DNA from: an uncultured Eubacteriales bacterium
GTDB lineage: Bacteria; Bacillota; Clostridia; Oscillospirales; CAG-272
Length of the DNA stretch: 64,000 nt
Assembly (NCBI GenBank): GCA_934503195.1
Contig: CAKSVM010000006.1
Span: 1,927 to 65,926 of the forward strand
Reading direction: 5' to 3'
Numbering within the stretch: position 1 is the first letter of the stretch; each line of letters starts with the position of its first letter. The position numbers were made by a program, and so were the translations under genes. The notes beneath the pieces are model-generated. The model made no database searches. It worked only from the letters and a program-made list of their open reading frames with translations, and was not told where the DNA came from. Positions 1 to 7,867 of this stretch are shown here, in pieces.

Positions 1-2
1 TC

Positions 3-524
3 GTCGTCGAATCGACTGAAGATCGGCTCAACCTCTACGAAAATCCGTTCGGCGTCCTCACAAATGAGCCGTCATTCCCGCTCCAGAGCTTCATGCTGAA
101 CAACTATCTGAATCTCTCGGCAAAGCCGGCCGAAAACCGCTCCGGACTCGGAATCGAGTCCTACAGTCGCGGAATGGGCGCGATCGGACTTCCCGGCGAC
201 CTCTCGTCGGCGTCAAGATTCGTACGCGCCGCGTTTGTCCGCGCAAACTCGGTGTCAGACGGTTCGGAGGCCGGGAACGTCAGCCAGCTCTTCCACATTC
301 TCGGCTCGGTCGAGCAGCAGCGCGGATGCTGCGAGCTTGAAAACGGCGAACACGAGTACACGATCTACACGTCCTGCGTGAACGCCGACCGCGGGATTTA
401 CTACTACCGCACCTACGACAGCTGCCGTGTCGCCGCCGTTGATATGCACCGCGCAGAGCTTGAATCGGAGGAGCTTGTAAGCTTTCCGATCGTGCGGGAC
501 ACGGAGTTTGAGTTTTTGAACTGA
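3..524 (+). CDS. choloylglycine hydrolase / linear amide C-N hydrolase (Ntn, bile-salt hydrolase-penicillin V acylase family), C-terminal part; 5' end outside window
   Basis: Frame 3 is open from the window edge (..NLYENPFGVLTNEPSFPLQSFMLNNYLNLS..). GLPGDLSSASRFVRAAF and YTSCVNADRGIYYYRTY are typical of the C-terminal half of this family. Confidence 0.8.
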   Translation, partial: VVESTEDRLNLYENPFGVLTNEPSFPLQSFMLNNYLNLSAKPAENRSGLGIESYSRGMGAIGLPGDLSSASRFVRAAFVRANSVSDGSEAGNVSQLFHILGSVEQQRGCCELENGEHEYTIYTSCVNADRGIYYYRTYDSCRVAAVDMHRAELESEELVSFPIVRDTEFEFLN

Positions 525-527
525 CAG

Positions 528-555
528 AAAAAACGACGGGTGACCGTCGTTTTTT
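528..555. terminator. bidirectional rho-independent terminator hairpin (A6-CGACGG-GTGA-CCGTCG-T6)
   Basis: Perfect 12-bp stem including A/T runs, 4 nt after the stop codon at 522-524 and 8 nt from the stop of the convergent gene at 564. Confidence 0.85.
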
Positions 556-563
556 ATTTGTGA

Positions 564-1703
564 TCAGGGTTTGAGGTAGTAGAGTTTTCCGTCCTGCAAG
601 AGAAGAGAGAGATCACTTTCGCAAAATCTCAAATTCTCAACCTCTGACAGGTTCTCGCTCAATCCCCGTCTTTTATCGGATATTTTATCAATTTTCTTCT
701 GAAACTCATTCAAAACCCAATCATCGGTTTTTTTTCCGATTGAAGACAATATTCCAAAACTGCCTATATTCGAGACTATACCAGAGGCTTTGCAAAGCTT
801 CTCATATCGGTGCTTTCTTCCGTACAACTCTGCTTCAAGATTTTTGCCGAAATTTTCGATTTCATCACTATTTTCCGGACATTCAGAAAAATAATCTTCA
901 AGCTCGCCATGTAAATACTCTATCGGAATATCTTTATCATCGAAAACACATTTGAGTTCGCATACTAAACGTAAAATGCAGTAAAAAGCATTTTTATATG
1001 TAATATTGTTTTCAATATAACCGGACTTTTCTTCGAAGGTCTTATACGTGGTAAGCTTTTCATCGCAATATCTGTTTATTCTTATGCAAGCACCAATTAT
1101 ACATTTTTTACAATCATCTTCAATGTTGTAAAGCTTGTCCAGCGTTCTCTTTCTTTCATCATCATGTTCAAATATTTCCGCTCTACGCGCGGATATGCTC
1201 TTAAGATCAATCGAATATTTAATGATTTTAGCCTTTATTTCATCGTCATTTCTTCTGAGTATCTCATCCACCTTCGCGTTAAGCTCTCCGAGCTGATCTG
1301 AGAGCTTCGACATATAATACTGCCCAACGATCATCGACGCCACATTCATAACCGATGAAACCGCGTTCGCGACGCCGAACGCGCTTTCTCCGGCGTTCAC
1401 AAGGTTCGCCTGTCCGATTATCTTACCGCCGCTGTCTTTGATTATTCCTCTGAAAGCGTTTGGCATATTGCCCGATTTCGCGAGTTCCATGCCTTTGACA
1501 AGTCCCCTGACTTCATAAAGCTGTCCCATCTTCCCAGTCGTCGCGGTATTCGTGACAAAATTCATAAGTCCCGGCATAGCGGCTGAAAGACGCGCCAACA
1601 CATCCTTATCAGTGATTTCAATTTTTCTCTCCGGTGGTATATTGTCTTCTGTATGTTCGATTATTTCGATATCAATACTATCGCCGCTTTTGATTTGTTC
1701 CAT
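564..1703 (-). CDS. hypothetical protein, 379 aa, AT-rich orphan (acidic N-terminus, Gly/Ala/Asn-rich hydrophobic segment, Cys-rich helical C-terminal half)
   Basis: Long ORF with its own consensus promoter and RBS (GAAAGGA). Composition is clearly lower in GC than both flanks. I recognise no family motif. Confidence 0.75.
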   Translation of the reverse strand: MEQIKSGDSIDIEIIEHTEDNIPPERKIEITDKDVLARLSAAMPGLMNFVTNTATTGKMGQLYEVRGLVKGMELAKSGNMPNAFRGIIKDSGGKIIGQANLVNAGESAFGVANAVSSVMNVASMIVGQYYMSKLSDQLGELNAKVDEILRRNDDEIKAKIIKYSIDLKSISARRAEIFEHDDERKRTLDKLYNIEDDCKKCIIGACIRINRYCDEKLTTYKTFEEKSGYIENNITYKNAFYCILRLVCELKCVFDDKDIPIEYLHGELEDYFSECPENSDEIENFGKNLEAELYGRKHRYEKLCKASGIVSNIGSFGILSSIGKKTDDWVLNEFQKKIDKISDKRRGLSENLSEVENLRFCESDLSLLLQDGKLYYLKP

Positions 1704-1760
1704 ATTTTTATCCTTTCAAAATATATTATCAGACAAATAATCATCTTGCCCAACAACACG

Positions 1761-1789
1761 ATTATAACACACTTTTCCGTAATTGTCAA
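1761..1789 (-). promoter_or_regulatory. sigma-A promoter of the AT-rich orphan gene
   Basis: Minus strand reads TTGACA (1789-1784) - 17 nt - TATAAT (1766-1761), with a TGT extended -10. Confidence 0.7.
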
Positions 1790-1801
1790 TATATCTGCCG
1801 C

Positions 1802-1828
1802 AAAAAACGACGGTCTCCCGTCGTTTTT
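1802..1828. terminator. terminator hairpin (A6-CGACGG-TCTC-CCGTCG-T5), second copy of the 528-555 hairpin
   Basis: Same 12-bp stem as 528-555. Lies 17 nt downstream of the lipoprotein gene stop (1845, minus strand). Confidence 0.8.
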
Positions 1829-1844
1829 CGCCAATTGTCTTTCC

Positions 1845-3005
1845 TCACTCACTGATCCCGCATTTGCCCGTGCGCGTGTCAATTATAATAAACCTGTCGG
1901 AAACATTGTAATCAAACCCGCTCGCGTAATATTCCTCTGCGACGTCATCCATAAACGAAAGCGCGATATATCCGCCGCGAAATCCCGCGAACGTCCCGCC
2001 GCTGACACTCAGGTCATACCCTATCTCGCAGAAAAGCTCGGTTTTCACGCCATCCGAGCGGTAAACCTTCCCGCCGAACAGATCGTAATACGTCTCGCTG
2101 TTCTTCACGAATCCGCGCGGCTCTGGTTCGACCGACACAAAGAATATTCCGTCGTCCGTGACGATGTAATCAGCGACATTTTCGGAGATTATCGTCTTCC
2201 CGCCGCCCGAAAGCTCAACCCGGCAGAGACGGTTCACGTTCATCCACTCAAGCCGCTCAAGCTGATCCGAACACTCCGAAAACGCCTTTTCGCTGACCCT
2301 TTCGGTGAAATACGCGAATCCGTCATGGTACACGCCGTTCATAAGGCACGGCTCGTCGATCTCAATCGCCCGCTTATTCTTCCCCGCAAGGTCGGTCGTG
2401 AAATACTCATATCCGTCCTCGCCCGGCAAATACCAGTAAACCCTGCCGTCCGCGATCGTCCAGACAGCCGGAACCAGACTCGTGTCGACATTCTCCTCCG
2501 CCGCAAACTCGCCGAGCGGCAGCGAGATCACCTTACGGTTCTTTATGTCGGCGCGGAAGACGCGAAAAACGCTTTTCCCGGACTCATCCCTCTCGGCGGC
2601 ACTGAAAAACACATATCTGTCACAGCTTCCAAGCAGAATAATCGCGTCGTCCATCCGGTCGAGCCGCGCCGCCTCGCCGCTTGTCATGTCATACGCGATA
2701 AGCTCGATCGCACCCGACTGTTCGCCCGTGTTCCGGTCAACCGAAAGATTTCCTCTGACAAAGACGAACTGATTTCCGCACACGATATAATCCTCACAGC
2801 CGTAAAGCGTGCAGTCCACGCCGTGATCACAAAGCGGATCGACGCAGACCGCCGTTCGCTTTCCGGTCGAAAGCATCGTCTTCATCGGAATTCCGTCGGC
2901 TGTCAGACTGAAAACGCAGAGATCCGAAACAGTCGTCCCCTTTTCGTCCGCACAGCCAGTGAAAATGAGCGCGGACAGCGTCAGAATCATAAGCAGTTTT
3001 TTCAT
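1845..3005 (-). CDS. lipoprotein with repeated beta-propeller-like (DUF5050-style) segments
   Basis: Start moved to MKKLLMILTLSALIFTGC (lipobox L-I-F-T-G-C), preceded by GGAGATGAG. Repeated DGxxY/F motifs (DGRVYWY, DDGIFFV, GGKVYRS). The 5' extension to 3098 in the ORF track lacks an RBS. Confidence 0.7.
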   Translation of the reverse strand: MKKLLMILTLSALIFTGCADEKGTTVSDLCVFSLTADGIPMKTMLSTGKRTAVCVDPLCDHGVDCTLYGCEDYIVCGNQFVFVRGNLSVDRNTGEQSGAIELIAYDMTSGEAARLDRMDDAIILLGSCDRYVFFSAAERDESGKSVFRVFRADIKNRKVISLPLGEFAAEENVDTSLVPAVWTIADGRVYWYLPGEDGYEYFTTDLAGKNKRAIEIDEPCLMNGVYHDGFAYFTERVSEKAFSECSDQLERLEWMNVNRLCRVELSGGGKTIISENVADYIVTDDGIFFVSVEPEPRGFVKNSETYYDLFGGKVYRSDGVKTELFCEIGYDLSVSGGTFAGFRGGYIALSFMDDVAEEYYASGFDYNVSDRFIIIDTRTGKCGISE

Positions 3006-3094
3006 TTTCTCATCTCCTTCACCTATAAAGACACTGAAACGGCGCGAAATCTGCCGCTGAAAGCGAAAAACGGCGGAAAATTCTCCACCGTTCT

Positions 3095-4150
3095 TCACTG
3101 TTCATCAAAGCTTAACGCCACATCGTCCTTCCAGAGCCTTCCGGCCGTCTCGGTGACAAGCTCCTTCTCACGACGCGTAAGTGTCCTGAATGGTGTGACC
3201 AAAAGCTTTCCGCCCTTCTTTTTCCATTTGCCGACCACCTCGCCGCCGATCATCAGCGCGGGCATCACGATTCCGGCGAGGTTGAAAATCGCTCTCAAAT
3301 CTTCCCCGCGCAAAAACAAACTTTCCTTCTTCTCGTGAGCCAGCAGAAGCTGGTCAAATCCCGCGAGGAACAGACATTCCGGAATTTCCTTGTCATATGA
3401 CTGACCGTTTTCGATATAATAATACGTCTTGCCTTCGCATTCTACCGCCGTGACAGGCAGCTCTGAGAGCCATTCTTTTACCTGCGCGGCGGTCGCGTGG
3501 AAGTAATACATCGCGTCGTGTATCGTCGACGGTCCCATGTTTGTGAAATACCGCCGGGCGATTTCAAGGTTCGCCTCCCGCTCGGGGATCGGCATGAATG
3601 GGGGCGAGAGACAGAACGCCTTCTTTTCCTGAACGACATAGTTCATGAAGCCGCGCTCGCAGAGCTCACGGATTCCGCCGCCCCACTGTTCGAACATACA
3701 GCCCTCCTCGGTCGCGGTCATGCCGTTCTGTCTGCAAACTATCTTGAGTTCCTCTCTCGTAAGCTCTGATTCTCTGAGTGCCGCTAAAATCACCTCCGTG
3801 AGATATGCCTGCCTCTCGGGCGAGAGCACCCACTTGTCGCGCTGATTCCAGTATGTGTATCCGCGCCAGTTCTTGCTCAGGTAATCCTTTCCGTTGTTGC
3901 AGTGAATGAACAGTGGTAGATCATCCTGTGCGAACACGTGGACTGTTCCGCGGACAGTCCAGTTCTTCACAATTCCTTCCCGGATCGTTTTCTCGTCAAA
4001 GTCCTTGCACCGTATTCTCAGCGAATGCAGAGCGTTTGACATGAACTGTGCCTGAACTCCGCATAGATCATGGAGCACCGTCAGCTTGTCCGCCGGGGTC
4101 AGCAGGTGCTGGTTTGCCATCTGGCGGACTTTTATCTCTTCAATTGTCAT
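3095..4150 (-). CDS. winged-helix DNA glycosylase of the YcaQ/AlkZ (HTH_42, interstrand-crosslink repair) family
   Basis: 351 aa. N-terminal MANQHLL..LHDLCGVQAQ and overall length/pattern match the DUF1006/HTH_42 family. RBS GGGAGGTGAG. Confidence 0.65.
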   Translation of the reverse strand: MTIEEIKVRQMANQHLLTPADKLTVLHDLCGVQAQFMSNALHSLRIRCKDFDEKTIREGIVKNWTVRGTVHVFAQDDLPLFIHCNNGKDYLSKNWRGYTYWNQRDKWVLSPERQAYLTEVILAALRESELTREELKIVCRQNGMTATEEGCMFEQWGGGIRELCERGFMNYVVQEKKAFCLSPPFMPIPEREANLEIARRYFTNMGPSTIHDAMYYFHATAAQVKEWLSELPVTAVECEGKTYYYIENGQSYDKEIPECLFLAGFDQLLLAHEKKESLFLRGEDLRAIFNLAGIVMPALMIGGEVVGKWKKKGGKLLVTPFRTLTRREKELVTETAGRLWKDDVALSFDEQ

Positions 4151-4172
4151 CGTAAACTCACCTCCCGCGGTT

Positions 4173-4210
4173 AAAAAAGGCGGTATCCGACCGCGGATAT
4201 CGCCTTTTTT
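4173..4210 (-). terminator. asnS terminator
   Basis: A6-GGCGGTATCCG..CGGATATCGCC-T6 hairpin 10 nt downstream of the asnS stop. T-run on the minus strand. Confidence 0.8.
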
Positions 4211-4219
4211 GCTGTTTTA

Positions 4220-5614
4220 TCAGAACTCTGCGTTGCCGACCGTTCTCGGGAAGGGCAGGACATCGCGGATGTTCGAAACCCCGGTGATGTACATGATGAT
4301 GCGCTCGAAGCCGAGACCGTAGCCCGCGTGCTTCGTTCCGCCGTACTTGCGGAGGTTGAGATACCACCAGTAATCCTCCTCGGAGAGCTTGAGCTCCTTC
4401 ATGCGCTCACGGAGAACGTCAAGACGCTCCTCACGCTGTGAGCCGCCGATGATCTCGCCGACACCCGGAACGAGAAGATCCATCGCCGCGACGGTCTTTC
4501 CGTCGTCGTTGAGGCGCATATAGAAGGCCTTGATCTCCTTCGGATAGTTGATGAGGAAGACCGGCTTCTTGTATACCTGCTCGGTGAGGTAGCGCTCGTG
4601 CTCGGTCTGGAGGTCGACGCCCCAGTAAACCGGATACGAGAACTGCTGTCCGGACTTTAAGAGAATGTCAATAGCGTCGGTGTAATCAACCTTGACGTAA
4701 TCGGCGTCGCGGAGCGCGGTCAAACGGTCAAGGAGAGTCTTGTCCACAAACTTGTTGAAGAACTCGATCTCCTGCTTGCAGTTTTCGAGAACGTGGTTTA
4801 TGATGAACTTGATCATATCCCACGCGAGCTGCATATCGTCATTGAGGTCGGCGAACGCGATCTCAGGCTCAATCATCCAGAACTCGGCGGCGTGACGCGC
4901 GGTGTTCGAGTTTTCGGCACGGAAGGTCGGACCGAAGGTATAGACATTTCCGAAGGCCATCGCGAAGGTCTCGGCCTCAAGCTGTCCGGAAACGGTGAGG
5001 TTGGTTGACTTGCCGAAGAAATCCTTCGAGAAATCGACCTTGCCGTCCTCGTTTTTCGGGAGATTGTCAAGATCAAGCGTGGTGATGCGGAACATCTCGC
5101 CCGCGCCCTCGCAGTCGGAGCCGGTCACGATCGGAGTGTGGACATAGACAAAGCCTCTCTGATGGAAGAAGCTGTGGATCGCGTACGCGACCTCGGAGCG
5201 GACTCTGAACACCGCCGAGAAGAGATTCGTTCTAGGGCGGAGATATGCCTGCTCGCGGAGAAACTCGACGCTGTGACGCTTCGGCTGGAGCGGGTAATCG
5301 GGAGTCGAGGTTCCCTCGACCTTTATCTCGGTCGCCTTCAGTTCAAAGGGCTGCTTCGCGCCGGGAGTGAGCGTGAGAACTCCGGTGACGACCAGAGCCG
5401 CGCCGACGTTCTGAGAGGCGATCTCGTCGTAATTATCTATCTTGTCGCGCTCGAAAACGACCTGAATATTCGAGTGGCAGGAGCCGTCGTTGAGGTCGAT
5501 GAAGCCGAAGGCCTTTGAGTCGCGGAGATTTCTGACCCAGCCGCCAAGCGTGACAGTCTTGCCGCCAAAGGTTTCGCTGTCGTCGTAAATATGCTTTACA
5601 AGTTCTCTTTCCAT
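4220..5614 (-). CDS. asnS: asparagine--tRNA ligase
   Basis: 464 aa. N-terminal OB-fold segment [22 protein letters not shown]. Class II motif [24 protein letters not shown]. Confidence 0.95.
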   Translation of the reverse strand: MERELVKHIYDDSETFGGKTVTLGGWVRNLRDSKAFGFIDLNDGSCHSNIQVVFERDKIDNYDEIASQNVGAALVVTGVLTLTPGAKQPFELKATEIKVEGTSTPDYPLQPKRHSVEFLREQAYLRPRTNLFSAVFRVRSEVAYAIHSFFHQRGFVYVHTPIVTGSDCEGAGEMFRITTLDLDNLPKNEDGKVDFSKDFFGKSTNLTVSGQLEAETFAMAFGNVYTFGPTFRAENSNTARHAAEFWMIEPEIAFADLNDDMQLAWDMIKFIINHVLENCKQEIEFFNKFVDKTLLDRLTALRDADYVKVDYTDAIDILLKSGQQFSYPVYWGVDLQTEHERYLTEQVYKKPVFLINYPKEIKAFYMRLNDDGKTVAAMDLLVPGVGEIIGGSQREERLDVLRERMKELKLSEEDYWWYLNLRKYGGTKHAGYGLGFERIIMYITGVSNIRDVLPFPRTVGNAEF

Positions 5615-5647
5615 AGTATCTTCCCCTGAAAAAATATTTGATATTAT

Positions 5648-5676
5648 AGTATATCACACAAATCGCGGTTTGTCAA
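5648..5676 (-). promoter_or_regulatory. asnS promoter
   Basis: Minus strand TTGACA - 17 nt - TATACT, about 35 nt upstream of the ATG. This leaves no room for a T-box leader. Confidence 0.6.
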
Positions 5677-5874
5677 GCCCATATCCGATTTTTCCGCAGG
5701 AATCCGGAAATTTACATTACGAAAGCTGTGTTAATTGTCATATATCACAATTGACAGCAATCGTGGAGTCTTATTCTGGGCATCGCAGACTCCGTCCGCG
5801 GAACATGGAACCTTCTCTGCCTCTGCGTAAAGGAATTCAGCGAGGAAAATTAACAATATTATCGAATCTGCCGA

Positions 5875-5903
5875 TTGACAGAGAGTTTCCGACGTGATAT
5901 AAT
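5875..5903 (+). promoter_or_regulatory. glnA promoter
   Basis: TTGACA (5875-5880) - 17 nt - TATAAT (5898-5903) with TGA extended -10. RBS AAGGAG at 5921. Confidence 0.7.
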
Positions 5904-5937
5904 ATTATTGAATCCACATTAAGGAGATTACGGTAAT

Positions 5938-7140
5938 ATGAAATATACCGCCGACGAAATCTTCGACTTCATCGAGCAGGAAGACGTGAAGTTCATAAGA
6001 CTCGCCTTCTGCGACCCCAAGGGAAGACAGAAAAACGTATCAATAATGCCCTCGGAATTAAAACGCGCTTTCGAGGACGGAATTTCCTTCGACGCCTCGG
6101 CGATTCACGGTTTCGCGGGCGAGGAGCGGAGCGATCTCATGCTCTTCCCCGTCCCCTCGACGCTGAACGTCCTTTCGTGGCGTCCGTCGCACGGCAAGGT
6201 CGTGCGGATGTTCTGCGACATCCGCTATCCTGACGGAAGCCCCTTTGAGTGCGACAGCAGATATATCCTGAAAAACGCTATCGACGCGGCCAAGAAAAAG
6301 GGAATCTCGGTCAGCTTCGGCTCGGAATTCGAGTTCTACCTCTTCAAGACCGACGAGGACGGATACCCGAACATGATCCCCTTCGACCGCGGCGGATACA
6401 TGGACGTCGCGCCCGAGGACAAGGGAGAGAATATCCGGCGCGAGATCTGCTTAACTCTCATCGATATGGGAATCCGCCCCGAGTCCTCTCACCATGAGGA
6501 GGGACCCGGACAGAACGAGATCGACTTCAGATTCAGCGACGCGATGACCGCCGCCGACAACGCCGTCAACTTCGTGACCGTTGTCAAGGCCGCCGCGATG
6601 CACAACGGACTCTACGCCGATTTTTCGCCGAAGCCGCTTGAGGGCGAGAGTGGAAACGGTATGCACGTCAACATTTCGCTGAAATCGACCGACGGCATTG
6701 ACCACACGCCCGAATTCATGGCCGGAATCATGGCGCACATCCGCGAGATGACGGCCTTCTTCAACAACCGTCCCGAATCTTATCTCAGACTCGGCGAGAT
6801 GAAGGCTCCGAAATATGTCACGTGGTCGCCCGAAAACCGCTCGCAGCTCATAAGAATCCCCGCCGCGAAGGGCGAATATCAGCGCGTCGAGCTTCGCTCG
6901 CCCGACCCCTGCGCAAACCCCTACATTGCCTACGCGATGCTGATTTACGCCGGACTTGACGGAATTGAGAAGAAGCTGAAATGTCCCGATCCGGTCAACC
7001 TCAATCTCTACACGGCCGACAGCTCGGTGACCGACAAGCTCGAAAAGCTACCGTCGTCGCTCGACGAGGCGATGGAACTCGCGGGAACCAGTGAGTTCAT
7101 AAAGTCGATCCTCCCCGAAAAACTCATAAAGTCGCTCTGA
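5938..7140 (+). CDS. glnA: glutamine synthetase (short type I-like, 400 aa)
   Basis: N-terminal beta-grasp (VKFIRLAFCDPKGRQKNV) and catalytic region (GSEFEFYLF, HHEEGPGQNEIDF, NGMHVNISL, RVELRSPD). Confidence 0.9.
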   Translation: MKYTADEIFDFIEQEDVKFIRLAFCDPKGRQKNVSIMPSELKRAFEDGISFDASAIHGFAGEERSDLMLFPVPSTLNVLSWRPSHGKVVRMFCDIRYPDGSPFECDSRYILKNAIDAAKKKGISVSFGSEFEFYLFKTDEDGYPNMIPFDRGGYMDVAPEDKGENIRREICLTLIDMGIRPESSHHEEGPGQNEIDFRFSDAMTAADNAVNFVTVVKAAAMHNGLYADFSPKPLEGESGNGMHVNISLKSTDGIDHTPEFMAGIMAHIREMTAFFNNRPESYLRLGEMKAPKYVTWSPENRSQLIRIPAAKGEYQRVELRSPDPCANPYIAYAMLIYAGLDGIEKKLKCPDPVNLNLYTADSSVTDKLEKLPSSLDEAMELAGTSEFIKSILPEKLIKSL

Positions 7141-7154
7141 AACGGTAAGAATCT

Positions 7155-7739
7155 ATGACGCCAACAAGACAAAAGCACCGTGTCCTGATCGTCAGCGCGA
7201 CCGATAAATTTTTCGATTTTGTGAAAGAAACTCTCCCGAACGACGAGTTTGAGCTTGAAGAGCCGCTGCATTCGGCCGGAGAGGCGAAGAGATTCTTAAT
7301 ATCGGCGCAGTCGGATATCCTGATAATCAACGCGCCGCTCCCCGATGATTTCGGCATCGAGCTTTCGACCGAGCTTGCCGACAGCACAATGGGAATCATG
7401 CTCTGCGTCAAGGGCGATATCTATGACCAGACGGCCTATAAAGTCGAGGACAGCGGAGTCCTGACGCTCGGAAAGCCGCTGTCGCGCCAGAGCTTCTACG
7501 CCGCGGTCAAGCTTCTCGCCGCGCTCAGTTCAAGACTCTCGCGCATGGAGATGAAGAACCGTTCGCTCCGTGAAAAGATGGAGGATATCCGTATGGTCAA
7601 CCGCGCGAAGTGGCTTCTCATCGAGAATCTCAACATGACCGAGAAGGACGCGCATCATTATATCGAAAAGCAGGCGATGGACACGAGATTCACCAGACGC
7701 GAGGTCGCCGAGAATATCGTCCGCACATACGATAAATAG
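7155..7739 (+). CDS. ANTAR-domain RNA-binding antiterminator with atypical (pseudo-)receiver domain
   Basis: C-terminal ANTAR helices (IRMVNRAKWLLIENLNMTEKDAHHYIEKQAMDTRFTRREVAENIV). In the N-terminal REC-like fold the acidic pocket is replaced (IVSATD; ILIINAPLPDD). Confidence 0.8.
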   Translation: MTPTRQKHRVLIVSATDKFFDFVKETLPNDEFELEEPLHSAGEAKRFLISAQSDILIINAPLPDDFGIELSTELADSTMGIMLCVKGDIYDQTAYKVEDSGVLTLGKPLSRQSFYAAVKLLAALSSRLSRMEMKNRSLREKMEDIRMVNRAKWLLIENLNMTEKDAHHYIEKQAMDTRFTRREVAENIVRTYDK

Positions 7740-7778
7740 GACAATGACGTCCCGGAACGAAAGGGGAATCCTCCTCTC

Positions 7779-7800
7779 TCGCGCCGGGGCGCGCTTTTTT
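7779..7800 (+). terminator. terminator of glnA-ANTAR operon
   Basis: GC hairpin CGCGCC-GG-GGCGCG followed by T6. Confidence 0.65.
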
Positions 7801-7867
7801 GGCGGAAAATTTTTGAAGAAAAATCACGTCCCCAAAAATCGGGACGCTTTGAAAGGCAGGAAAATTT

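Noticed and set aside
556-1800. Insertion sequence or integrative element
   Set aside because: I found no transposase, integrase or terminal inverted repeats of IS type. Only the duplicated terminator hairpins are present, so it is reported as an islet of unknown mobilisation mechanism rather than as a mobile element.
1653-3338. 561-aa plus-strand ORF
   Set aside because: It runs antisense through the lipoprotein and glycosylase genes. It is Arg/Ala/Pro-rich low-complexity sequence of the kind produced by the opposite strand of high-GC genes, with no RBS and no recognisable motif.
5615-5937. T-box leader for asnS or a glutamine riboswitch for glnA
   Set aside because: Consensus promoters lie only about 35 nt from each start codon, which leaves no room. 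No specifier-loop/T-box sequence or glnA-RNA-like pseudoknot was seen.
7801-7867. Purine or ZTP riboswitch upstream of purF
   Set aside because: Only about 65 nt with one small hairpin (CGTCCC..GGGACG). It has none of the conserved junction sequences of those riboswitch classes.
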